Below, piece by piece: positions 21,883 through 33,727 of a stretch of DNA of 33,727 bases; the stretch's first letter is position 1; each line of letters begins with the position of its first letter. The translations under genes and the position numbers were made by a program. The DNA is from Diploschistes diacapsis. Its lineage: Eukaryota. The notes under the pieces are model-generated. The model saw nothing but the letters and a program-made list of their open reading frames with translations, did not search any database and had not been told where the DNA came from. The stretch spans positions 1 through 33,727 of the forward strand of contig JALAIB010000090.1 of assembly GCA_023645945.1 (NCBI GenBank), given 5' to 3'.

Positions 21883-23586
21883 ATGGCCAACAGCTACAAG
21901 TCGATGAAGGAAGACTTCGTCTCTAATCTTTCTGGAGGGACCATATCCGAGATCAACGTTGTCACAGCAGTTGCCCCCGTAAGTTCTGGATCCGCAAGCT
22001 ACGGATAGCCTCAGGAATGGCGTCTGATGCTCAGGCTCTGAGCCTTCTAAGAACGGGCTTATAGACGCGCTGCTGAAACCCCATGCTGCGCGGCGCCAAA
22101 GCTGATTGATCTATTCTAGGCTGCCTACCTCCTTTGGGCTGCATTACAAGCGCAGCATTCTTTTTTCCAACTCCGCAACCCTATACCCATATTCGTCGAT
22201 TTCTTCCTTAATGTCGGTGCTCTACTTCTCGCGGTCACCGTCTATTCTTCGATACCCAGCCTCCTACTGTCTCTCCTTCTGGCGCCGGCAACACTGATAC
22301 TTGCCTTACCGCCGTCGAAAGTACCGCCGACAAGACCGGCAGCGCCGAAAAAGTTGGAAAGTGGTATCAAGGACATGACACCATTCCCACGCCGTCCTTT
22401 CATGACGGTCTATCGGGGAGGCATGATGGCCATTACTTGTCTGGCAATACTCGCAGTCGATTTTCGGGTTTTCCCGCGACGGTTCGCAAAAGTGGAGACG
22501 TGGGGAACCAGCCTGCTGGATGTGGGCGTCGGCTCTTTCGTTTTCTCCGCTGGTGTAGTGGCATCAAAGGCCCACCTTAAAGCTCGATTCCAGATGGAGA
22601 AGCAGGATCCTGATCATGAGCCACAAGACTCTTTTGAGCCATTTGGGGAAAGAATGCTGCTTGCAATTCGCCACTCCCTTCCTCTACTCGTTCTGGGTAT
22701 CCTGCGCCTTGTCTCCGTTAAGAGCCTTGAATATGCGGAGCATGTCTCGGAATACGGTGTACACTGGAACTTCTTCTTCACCATAGCACTTTTACCCTAT
22801 TGTCTCGCCTTGCTCGCCCCTATACTCTCAAGCCCCACCTTCGCCTCCTCGCCCATTCATGGATATACTGGACTTTTGCTTGCCACGGCCTACGAAGCAG
22901 CTCTACAGCTTACTCCTCTGAAGTCCTGGGCCCTGACAGCTCCTCGTACAGATCTGTTGTCCGCAAACAAAGAAGGTGTGGTTTCTAGTATAGGCTACCT
23001 TTCCATCTTTTTACTTGGCATGGAGACTGGCAGTTCAGTTCTTCCGCGCTTCCTTCACCCTACTAGTTTCCTCTTCCGGACTTTGAACTCGCTCGGCGTT
23101 CATCCGGGCAACGCAAATCCACGTAATCTCCTGCTCGCCTCCCTTGCCCTTTGCACAGGCGTCTATGTTGCGTTGCTAACACCCTTTCTTTATGCCCCAG
23201 CTTTGGGTTTGGCGCGGTACCTTTCGATACCAATATCGAGACGGCTGGCGAACCTCCCATATGTCTTATGGATAGCGGCTTTCAACACAGGCCAGATCCT
23301 CCTATTCGCGCTCGTCGAGAGTCTCGTGTTCCCTTCCGTATTCAAGGCAAGCACACCGGTAGCGGAGAAGGCAGCGGCAGAAGTAGCGACGCCTCAAATT
23401 CTCGAGGACTTTAATAACGGAGGCTTGTTGTTATTCGTTCTGGCGAACTTGGGTACGGGGCTTGTGAACCTGGGCGTTGATACTCTGGGCATGGGAAATC
23501 TCCAGGCGGTGGGGATATTGCTGGTCTACATGGCGAGCTTAACAATGTGTGCGAGGTTGCTTCGGGGAGTCAAGTTGAAAATATGA
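21883..23586 (+). CDS. gwt1: GPI inositol acyltransferase Gwt1 (PIG-W); one intron at 21979-22119
   Basis: [147 protein letters not shown]. Confidence 0.97.
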
Positions 23587-24062
23587 GGCATAGGAAGTGA
23601 TTGGGATCATGTTAAATTCAACAATCCGGGCTAGTTTGTTGCATTGTGCCAGCTTTTCGATCTTTGCAAACCATAATAGATAAGGTCCTAAGATTTTGTG
23701 TGGTAGTATTTGGAAGTAAGTTCTAAGTACTCCGCGGTCATGTTGCCGAAACTGGGGCGGCCGAGGCGGCTTACCGCGGTGCAATGGCCGCAGCAGGTAA
23801 GGCAGGTAAAAGCATTATAGCTATGAGGATACAATTATATTAATCGTCCAAGCATGGGATACACCCAATGGCAGCGTTAGTGTGTTCTAGGGCCTGGATG
23901 CCAAACTCCTTGCAGCATCGGCCTCGTCCACCTTTTTGTGAAGCCCACCTAGTGGGATAGTTGGAGTGACACAAATGTTCCAGGCGGCGATTGGCGCAAG
24001 CCTTTTTGAGTCCGATATGAATTCAACTAGACCCTCCCTATGCTAATACTACCATGCGAGCT

Positions 24063-24076
24063 ATCGGTGGGCCGAT
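24063..24076. promoter_or_regulatory. Inverted CGG repeat ATCGG-N4-CCGAT, a candidate Zn2Cys6 binding site upstream of the CNT gene
   Basis: Perfect 5-bp-arm inverted repeat atcgg tggg ccgat about 270 nt before the CNT ATG. Motif match only. Confidence 0.2.
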
Positions 24077-24341
24077 GAAACCTTCTCCTCAGCTCTAGAA
24101 CCGTGTCTGTGGACGCTTATCGCTGGGCAGCCGATATCTCAATCGCAGTCTAATACGGGTGCTCGCCCGACACATTTCCTTCTCTGGTGCTTCTTCAAAA
24201 TTTCTCCTCTCCCTACCTTGTCGTCGAGCCTGACTGCAGGACCCAGGGCGCTATTGATCCTGCGACAGCTTGCAGTCAATCTTCATGGTTTGAGCGGTGT
24301 CAGCAGCGGGAACCCACGGATCTTATCGAATACCGGTAGCC

Positions 24342-26487
24342 ATGTCTGGCGCCGCAAACGAGTACCGCGATATGACTGCGGAAAATGGCGATCGGATGGC
24401 GGAAGAGACAAGCACCACCACAAGGACAGCCACGCATAATGCGTCACCGCAGATAGGAGTCGTGCGAAATATAGTTCCCGCATTGGACATCTCGCAAGAG
24501 CACAAGCACTCCCATCTTCACCATACCGCCAATGTTATCGACGATGAAGGTGTCTACTACACAAAGGGAACCACAGACGAGCCCAAGGTGAATCCACGAC
24601 CAGACGCAATGGACAATGCACTGCACCGACGCCTTGTTGATGAAAAGGCTAACTACGGTGTTCACGACTCTGAGACTGGAGAAGCCAGTGCTGCGCTCTC
24701 CGAGGAGGAGGATCACCGCAATCACAGGCTATCACACTGGTATAGGAGACTCAGGCCATTTGTGCATCTGGTCATTTTACTACTCTTCACGGGGTAAGTC
24801 CTTATATATGCGTCAGCCCAAGGCGCACTACGAACGTCTGCCTTTACGCGCCAGCTGTGCTTGAAGGCAGCGGAATACAAAAGAACTTAGGGACTGACAA
24901 TGTTACAGATGGTGGATCGCCGGCCTGATCTTGCATCGCAACGACCTCGGCTGGGTCGTGCCCTTCTTAGTCTGGCTGGCAATCACCGTCCGTATCGTTA
25001 CGTTCTACGTCCCTATGACCACCGTCACGAAGCCAATACACATCATCTGGAACAACACGGGCGTAAGGTTTGCGAACCTTATCCCAGAACACATGCGTAT
25101 TCCGGCTGGTGCTCTCTTCACAATCGCCGTCATCATTGCAGGTTCCTTTGCCAGCCCTGAGAGCCAAGACAATACTCGAGCCAACCGCGCGGTGAGCTTG
25201 TTTGGGCTGCTCGTGTTCATCTTCTGCCTCTGGGCCACTTCCCGCAACAGGAAAAAGATCAAGTGGCACACCGTGATAGTCGGCATGCTCGTCCAGTTCA
25301 TCATCGCCCTCTTCGTTCTCCGCTCACAGGCCGGATTTGACATCTTCAACTTTATTTCCGGCCTCGCCCTTGACCTTCTTGGCTTCGCCAACGACGGAAC
25401 AGCATTCTTGACGTCTGCATCTGTGCCTGAGCTAGGGTGGTTCCTCGTTTCTGTCATCCCGGCCATCATCTTCTTCGTGGCCTTTATCCAACTGCTCTAC
25501 TACTGGGGTCTCCTTCAATGGGTCATCCGCAAATTCGCCGTCTTCTTCTTCTGGTCTATGCGCGTCTCGGGCGCGGAGGCCGTAGTGGCAGCAGCCTCCC
25601 CCTTTATCGGGCAAGGCGAGTCGGCCATGCTCATCCGCCCATTCGTCAGCCACTTGACAAAAGCCGAGCTCCATCAGGTTATGACATCCGGTTTCGCCAC
25701 CATCTCAGGGTCCGTGCTAGTTGCATATATCGGTCTGGGCCTCAACCCCCAGGCTCTTGTCTCATCCTGCGTTATGAGCATCCCGGCTTCGCTGGCCATA
25801 TCGAAGCTGCGCTATCCCGAGGAAGAGGAGACACTGACGGCTGGTCGAGTCGTAATCCCTGACGACGACGAGCACCGCGCTGCAAACGCCCTACATGCCT
25901 TTGCAAACGGCGCCTGGCTGGGTCTCAAGATTGGCGGCATGATTGTTTCAACTTTGCTTTGCATCCTAGCGCTTTTGGGCCTCGTAGATGGGCTTCTGAC
26001 ATGGTGGGGCAGCTACCTCAACATCCAGGGGCTTACCCTCGAACTCATCATGGGCTACGTTGGCTACCCAATTGCTTTCTTGCTTGGGGTGCCAAGAGAC
26101 GGAGATCTAGTGCTTGTTGGGAGACTGATCGGGCTGAAGGTCATTACGGTATGTCTCCAAGGACTATACCATGCTGCCTTGTTATTTGCTAACGTGTTCC
26201 TCTAGAACGAGTTCGTAGCGTACACAGACCTCCAGAAACAGGCCATCTACAGCACCCTATCCCCCCGTTCCCGGCTGATCGCCACTTACTCCCTCTGCGG
26301 CTTCGCCAATATCGGCTCCCTGGGAACGCAGATTGGTGTGTTGTCGCAGATCGCGCCAGGTAGGGCAGGAGATGTCAGCAGGCTGGCGCTGAGCGCGCTT
26401 ATCAGCGGTGCGCTGTCCACATTTACAAGCGCAAGCATTGCAGGGATGTTGGTAACAGATCAGGCAGCTTATACGCGACCTGGTTAG
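24342..26487 (+). CDS. cnt1: Concentrative nucleoside transporter (CNT/SLC28 family H+/nucleoside cotransporter); 3 exons
   Basis: ..VHLVILLLFTG|WWIAGLILHR..NRAVSLFGL..IKWHTVIVGMLVQFIIALFVLRS..SGAEAVVAAASPFIGQGESAMLIRPF..MTSGFATISGSVL..SSCVMSIPASLAISKLRYPE..GLKVIT|NEFVAY..ATYSLCGFANIGSLGTQIGVL..PG*. Introns at about 24794-24909 and 26149-26205. Confidence 0.95.
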
Positions 26488-27084
26488 ATGGAGGAAAAGA
26501 GGAGAAACCACTTGCTCGGCATAAAGCGCATATCCAAGCGGCGACAGCCGATATGAGCGGAGTGTTTGGATACTAGCAGACGAGGTAGATGCATAGAATA
26601 TATGCTTGCTGCATCATGTCTATCCCCTATTTCAAGGATACACCATCTATACCGAGCATTAAGTTAGCCAGAAGTAAATATTTTAAACATTTGTAGCGAA
26701 TCCAGCTCTTGCATTTTAGGTAGAGGGCAGTGCAATCATGTGCCCGATGCACGCCCAAAGCTCCCCCTCGTGACGTACAACTGATCCTATAACCCTCTCT
26801 ATCCTTGAGCGATCCATGGAAATCTATGACATACACGACACAGGTTATTCGGCTCTCACGAAAACTCACGAAAACCGGCTGTCAAATACTAAGAGCTTTT
26901 TGTCCCGTCGAAGGACCCCGCAAACATTCGTTTGCCGAATTCACATCTACCAGCTTTCCCCCAGCAGGCTGTACTCTTCGCTGAGCCGACAGCTTGTTCT
27001 ACATACGAGGATGGCTCCTGCTGTGCGATAGCAAGCTAAACCCGGAAAATCATCTCACTCAAAGTAGCAGGAACCAAGGCGAAG

Positions 27085-30000
27085 ATGGGCTACTTTCTCC
27101 CCTCGTGGGTGCAGAAGAGGGTACTACGTTACGCTCTGTCGCGGCTAGACGTGCTGGACGCAAATGCTCTAGACTTAAACAATCTAGACATAGCATTGGG
27201 AAGAAGAAGCACCATCGAGCTGCGGGATGTGGGTCTACAGATCGAGGTACGGAGCGAGCATCCTCGGGCAGAAGCTTGTGAAGCCGACAAACTACTAACG
27301 CCCGCGGTAGCGAGTCACGAGCTTATTGCACCTTCCTTCCTACCTCAACCTCACGGAAGCACGTATACTGTTTCTCCGCCTCACTATACCCGCCGATATC
27401 TACCAAAGCGGCGTCCTCATTGAAGTAGAAGGCGTCCAGATAAAGGCGGCTGCGGAATCTACCTCAGAGACAGGCTATGGTCTCGATGGCAAGAGGAAAA
27501 GCACAGACAAGCCAGGGCTAGCAAGGGGAAACAAAGCAAACCAACCCCGGAATACCCAGTCTCGAAGGGACGATCCGGGAGGCTCAGAAAATGCGGATAG
27601 TGAGACGCCGATATTGCCCACACCGGGGGACCTCGCCCAATCTTTTTTACAGTCGGAGACAGCGCACGAGAAACGCGAGCTGAAGTCAGCAATAGCCAAG
27701 TCACAGAACCTAGATCAGTCCGTTTTCAGTGAGGATGGGGAGGAGGACATCGAAGAGGGCATTGGCGCAGGCCTTTCACTTCCTGCGTTCGTAGCCGGCT
27801 TCATACAAGGGGTAACTGATCGTCTTGGTGCAGTTATCAAGGATATACAGCTGGAAGTCACGTTGAGATTAAGCATGTCTCCAACAGGCAACCCGGAGGC
27901 TTACTCAGCAAGCTCGGAGGAGCTCACGATGCGCTTAGATGTCGGCAGCGTTGCTGTTCACGCGGTCTCTGACAGGTCTGAGCAGTCCGAGGTCCCTTTA
28001 CCCCAGGAACTCAATGATGCGCAATTCAGAACTCCGCCGGTCTCGAAAAATCGACACATAGAGCTACGTGGTTTGCAGATTTCGTTGCTGTCTACATCGA
28101 CTTTATCTTCATTCATGTCGCAACTTTCCACAACAAGCCCGCCTTCGCCCACAATGACGCAGTGCAGTGCCAGGTCACGGAGAACGAACAAGAGAACGCA
28201 GCTCAGCTTGGCGCAAGAAACTTCGAAAGCCTCCTCGGGGTATGGGTCGGTAGAGTCAGACTCAAGCTCTCAAGCTGAAGGCAGACCTCAGAATCTGACT
28301 GCGTCGTCAATCTCGACACCTAGTGCACCCATTTTCCAACCTGAGGGCCTTTCCGAGGTCTTAGACGGCTCTGAGAAATCGTTCCACAGTCAAGCCGAGA
28401 GCGATTGGATGGATAGCCGTTATAGGGACTTTGAGGAACCTCGCAGATCGTTCCTTGACGAGGTCGAACACGATGCGCCTGTTGGATATGCGGAAGATTC
28501 ACAAGTTCTCTCTGCTTCGGACGCATTTGTTTTCAGACAACGGCTGGACGGCCAAGGTTCGTCACCTCCATCTGTGCACAGCACTGCAAGTTCCACAAGC
28601 GAAGAACGGCCAGGTATTCATCCTGACTCGAGTGCTCGAGCAAGTAGTAGCCAAGGCTTCTTTGAGCCTGCGAGCTCAGGTATCGACAATGCACGATCCG
28701 CGCAGCTCCACCACGGAGCCATAGCCACCCCGGATCCAGCCCCGCCCGCTTCTAGCCTCCCAGTAGATGATTTGGCAGAGTCCAAGGTGTTCACCCATCA
28801 GGAAGCCGAGAGCATGTATCTGAGTGCCATGAGTCAAGGCAAATCCAGGTTCGGCGAGGATCATACCGTTCCGGGCGGATGGGGGAGCGACGACTCGGAC
28901 CAACCAGAGTCTCCCGAGACAACCGCTGATATTTTTCACGACGCCAATCCCTCCCAGGAGAAAACTGGTTCTGAGCTTCACAAGTCTTCGGTTTCACAAC
29001 AAACAGAAGCACTTCCTACTATAGCGCCAACAGTTCGAGACTCTTCTGATCCCGAAGAAGACGATTCTCCTCCCCGCAGTCTTTACGTGTCCGAGTTTTT
29101 GGAGCCGTCAAGACAAGATACCTCAACTCCGACTCCTCCTAAGCCCAGGACTCAGCCATCTACCAGCGAAGAAATTACAGAAGAAGCAACTTCACTAGAC
29201 TGGAATCCACAAACCTCAAACCCTCCCCGAATCGAAACACCTCCACCATCAAATGCCGCTTCCTCAACCGTCAAACCTTTTTTCTTTGTTGACTATATCA
29301 ACATCTACGTACCCCAACAAGAGTCGCCTCCATCCGCCTCTATCACAGTCACTCCTGGAGAACCACCTGGCAAACCAGCGGAGCTTCCTGGCTCGTTTTA
29401 TACACATCAAAGCGTCTATTCCTCCTCTACACACTCTCAGGAACTCTCGCATCATCCCACAAAACTGGAGCAACAGACTCACGAAGGAGGAGCGAATGAG
29501 CCACCAAAAGCGATTTTTGTACATATTGAAAATACAATTCTTCTCACCGATATCGCCTTTGTTCGCCTCTTGATCGTTGTGTCTCAACATCTATCAACAC
29601 TAGACGCTAAGCCTGCCAGCAGTGCAAAACATCATATTCCAAAGCAGCTACCGCCTTCGAAGTCTTCTCAGGAGCTTATCGTGCGCTTGTGTAGGTTCTC
29701 GTTCGCATTTGTGGATGCCATGAAGAACCATGCCAGTGTCTCATCGCAAAACCCAGAGCAAACGCTGAAAGCCTTGTCCCCGTCAGCTGCAGAAACTCTA
29801 CTTCTGTTAGAGATCGAATTGCTCTCGCTTCAACAGAAGCAGGGTAATAGTTCATCAATGTCCGAAATTCTAGTAAGAAGCTTCGTCTTCGGCTTCTCAG
29901 ACGAGCCCTTGATCTCGTTCGATTCTACCCTGAAGATGAGAGAGTCCGTCCGTGATGTTCTGGCCCCAGTTGGTCAAGACCTATCGTTGAAAATTAAACA

Positions 30001-33000
30001 GTCCTCGAACGCAGCTGCGGAGCTCGAAATCATGACTGCTCCAGTTCACTTACGACTGAATCTAGCCCGGCTGGAAGATGCAATTAGCTGGCTTGGTGGA
30101 TTAAGCAGTATGCTTGACCTAGGGAATTCCGTCATGTCCACCGTGACCATCACGGAGCCAAAGGCCAAAGCACTGGCACCGTCGCAGCCCCGAGGGGTGC
30201 ACTTTGAAGCTCAAGCCCCCAGGCCAAGCTCCGAACCCTTGGAGGGCAGCCATGGGACAAAGATCTACGCTCGTTTCGGAGGGCTAGCGGTTAGTCTCTA
30301 CGGCAAGCTATCTTCTCTGAGTCTTGAGGGTTCCGCTGTCAAGATTGTTGCGCGAACCGATGCTTTCAGGATGCAGATCGACCGGTTGAGATTTTATGGT
30401 CCGATTGTTACAGGCTCATCCGGCAATCCTGCTATCGTGACACAGGTCGACACGCTCAAGCTAGAGTATCTGAATGTGCCGAAAGAGAATGACCTCGCAA
30501 GGATTCTTGCACTTCTGTCACCCTCCCAGGACCCTGACGCGCCCGACGATGACATCTTGATTGATACCTTGTTACGACAAAGAAGAAAGGGTGGTCTGCT
30601 ACGACTCAATGTATCGAGTTTGAGCGGCAGCATCGCCAAGGTCCATGAGCTTCAGCACTTCCAAAACATTGCTGATGAGCTTGCCCAGTTGTCTACCGTC
30701 ACGAAGTACTTGCCGGAAGATGATAGGCCAGGGCTGTTAATATTGGCCCTTGTCGAGAGTCTCAACGTTGACTTTGAAATAAACTCAAAGCTGGGCGCCG
30801 TATCGCTTGCGTCTAAGAATCTGGAGCTCGGTTTCGTTACTTTTCCTTCTCTGCTCCTTTGTGGTATAGATGTGCTGAGTGTAAAGCACCGGGATACAGA
30901 GATCATTGGTGAAGCTTCACCGGGCATCCAAATACCCAATCGTCAAATCTCAAGAGAGGATCACCCAGCGATCATGCTCAAGCTGATAGGAGAGGAAATG
31001 GAGCCAACGTTGAAGATCAAACTACACAACCTTCGCGTCGAGTATCACGTGTCGACGATTATGGCTGCGATGGGAATCAGTGAAACTGCCACAGGAGAAG
31101 TTATTGTTGCGGATATGGTCAATTCTATCGCAAACATAAAACCTCCGGTATCGCCGAAGTCCCCGGCCTCATCCGCTTCAGTAAATAGCAAAAAGCCATT
31201 TAGGATCGATGTTGGTATCAAGGACTGCGCTATCGGACTGAACCCAAAGGGTTCTCCAGCCAAAGCTTTGGTGGTGTTGACCAAGAGTCGACTTCTGGTG
31301 AACTTGCCAAGTTCAGCTGATGCAGGTCTCGAAGCAGAGCTCGAGCTTGCAAAATTATCGCTCATGCTTGTTGACGACACTCAGCACCTCATGAAAGGAG
31401 AAGATGCCTGTGGTTCTCACATCCAATCAACTCTTGGTGACAGGCCTAGCCAACTGCAGTGTCTTTCAGCGGTTGGTTACGTTCTGATCGGCGATATCTT
31501 GTCGGCCAGGATCGTTGCGAGGATGGCCAAGCCGGAAGATGCCGAAACGCACCTTGATGTGGAAGTACGTGACGATCTCTTCGTACTCGAAACCTGCGCG
31601 GATTCGACACAAACTCTGCTGGCTGTATTCGGTGGACTAGCTCCACCGATGCCACCCAGCACAGATCCCAAGTACAGAACGAACATCGTGCCCATAGAGA
31701 ACATGCTGGCGTCGTTTTCCGGCGATGCCTTCCCGGCAGATCCGCAGGGCGAGGATGATACCGACTACTCCGTTGCGAGCGATGACGATGACGGGACGGT
31801 GGCTCTAGATGACGACGAGGACGAGCTGTCCACTGAATTTGGCCTTGATCAAAGCTTCTATGATCAATCAGCCGCTCAGAGTGCTGCTAGTTCGATGCTT
31901 GCAGGCGGTTTGAATGCCCTTGCAGCTGGCCCAGCCGCCAGTGAGATGTCGGAGAAGCCGGCGATCGAGAGCTTTCAAGAGCAGCACGAAGCTTCAGAGT
32001 CTTTGCACTTTGATGAAAATCATTTCGGCAAAAAGACCAACATCGGCGGCCGAGCGCACAGGTGGAACTCTGAAAAGAATACCTATGATATGAGCACCGA
32101 CCTTCAAATTCGGGGAAGTCCTCTTCGCCTCCGACTGCGGGACGCCCATTTTATCTGGAATCTTTTTGACGGCTATGACTGGCAGCGTACAAGGAACACC
32201 ATCGGCCAGGCAGTAGACGAGCTAGAAGCGAAGGCCGAGAAAAGGCTAGCAGCCAGGCGTGAGAAGCGCAAGGCCCTCGAAGAGCCCGAGGAAGACGAAT
32301 CTGTGATTGGTGACTTTCTCTTCAACTCTATCTACATTGGCATCCCCGCCAACACCGACCCACGGGATCTTTCGCGGCGGATAAACGGCGACATCAACGA
32401 CGCCGCCAGCGAAACGGGCAGCTACGCTACCACCACCGCAACAACCGTCACTGCTTCACCGAGCCGACAAGGTTCCACGCGAGTCAACAAAAAGCGTCTA
32501 CGGCTCCAGCGAAGCAAGCACCACAAACTGACTTTCGAGCTCCGCGGAATCTCCGCCGACCTCATCACGTTCCCCCCTCACACGGGCGAGACACGCTCCT
32601 CCCTCGACGTGCGGATTACGGACCTCGAAATATTCGACCATGTGCCAACGTCGACATGGAAGAAGTTTGCCACGTACATGCACGATGCCGGCGAGCGTGA
32701 ATCGGGCTCGAGCATGGTGCACATGGAGCTGCTAACCGTGCGCCCGGACCCAGATCTTTTAGCCAGTGAAATAGTCCTCAAGCTCGCCGTCCTCCCACTA
32801 CGACTGCATGTAGACCAAGACGCGCTTGACTTTCTGACGCGCTTCTTCGAGTTCAAGAATCCTTCCAACGATTCCAATGCCCCAGCTCAGAGCGCGGGAG
32901 GAGGAGGAGGAGGAGGAGACCAGCCCTTTATTCAACGCGCTGAGATCCTCCCCATCCCCTTGCTCCTCGACTTCAAGCCAAAGCGCCTCTCCCTCCACGC

Positions 33001-33727
33001 CCTGCGATCCGGACAGACAAATGAGCTCATGCACCTCTTTACCCTCGACGCCTCCTCCATGGTCCTGCGCCGCGTCATCCTGTATGGCGTGCGCGGCTTC
33101 GAAAAACTAGGCAAGACCCTGAACGACATCTGGATGCCGGACGTCAAGCGGAACCAGCTCCCCGGCGTGCTCGCGGGTCTGCCGGGCGTGCGCGGCATCG
33201 TCGACGTCGCCGGCGGAGTCGGGAAACTGGTCGTCGTGCCGATGCGCGAGTATCGGAAAGACGGGCGTCTCGTGCGGGCCATCGGCAAAGGAGCCAGCGA
33301 ATTCGCGAAGACGACGAGCCGAGAGCTCGCGAGGCTGGGCGCGCGCATCGCCGTGGGCACGGGCAACGTGCTGCAGGGCGTCGAAGGCGCGCTGGCCCCC
33401 TCGGACCCTCTGTCACGCGCCGCGGGCGTGGGTGCCGGCGCCGACCCGGACTTCGCGGCCGACAACGACGAGCCCGACGAGGAAAAAGTGCACATCTCGC
33501 CCTACGCGGACCCGCCGCCGACACTCGTGGCGGGCCTGCGTGGCGCGTACCGGCACCTGGAACGCGACCTGCTGCTGGCGCGGGACGCGGTCGTGGCGAT
33601 GCCGGGCGAGGTGATGGAGGCTGGGAGCGCGGGGGCGGCGGCGAGGGCGGTGCTGAGGTCGGCGCCGACGGTGGTGCTGAGGCCGGCCATGGGGGTGTCG
33701 AGGGCGGTGGCGCAGACGATGCTAGGG
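27085..33727 (+). CDS. atg2: Autophagy-related lipid transfer protein Atg2, 3'-truncated by the window edge; one intron at 27247-27310
   Basis: N-terminus [51 protein letters not shown]. The long second exon is in the same frame at the positions I checked and includes [79 protein letters not shown] and [11 protein letters not shown]. It is absent from the ORF track, consistent with having no stop inside the window. Confidence 0.96.

Noticed and set aside
22501..22540. Gwt1 motif variant [12 protein letters not shown] (more usually GTSLMDLGVGSF) as an antifungal-resistance signal
   Set aside because: The substitutions are conservative, and I cannot tie them to any known manogepix-resistance site from the sequence alone.
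27459..33690. Numerous short ORFs in the track across the right end
   Set aside because: All are alternative-frame or antisense fragments inside the single long atg2 exon.

Overview
Gene-dense, intron-rich genomic DNA from a filamentous ascomycete (Pezizomycotina-type short GT..AG introns with CTRAC/GCTRAY branch points). The gene order is: Osh6/Osh7-type oxysterol-binding protein (-), DUF3605/Gig1-like (-), then an accessory-looking block at about 4.4-11.7 kb, then rad1 9-1-1 clamp subunit (-), gcn5 (+), dynein light chain LC8 (-, six small exons, missed by the ORF track), an 868+ aa disordered protein with a C-terminal membrane hairpin (-), gwt1 (+), a CNT nucleoside transporter (+) and atg2 (+, runs off the right edge). 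The accessory block holds a stand-alone HeLo-like/STAND N-terminal-domain gene (+), a decayed FAD-dependent monooxygenase pseudogene (-), an AT/TpA-rich RIP-like relic, an RTA1-family gene (+) and a convergent Zn2Cys6 transcription factor (-). I saw no tRNA, rRNA, CRISPR array or intact transposon. I cannot support a clearly new biological system. The best leads are the accessory block with its orphan HeLo-like gene, an oversized intron in the Gig1-like gene, a probable GAG splice acceptor in gcn5, and a steep GC rise inside atg2. All family calls come from my own manual translation and motif recognition, not from database searches.
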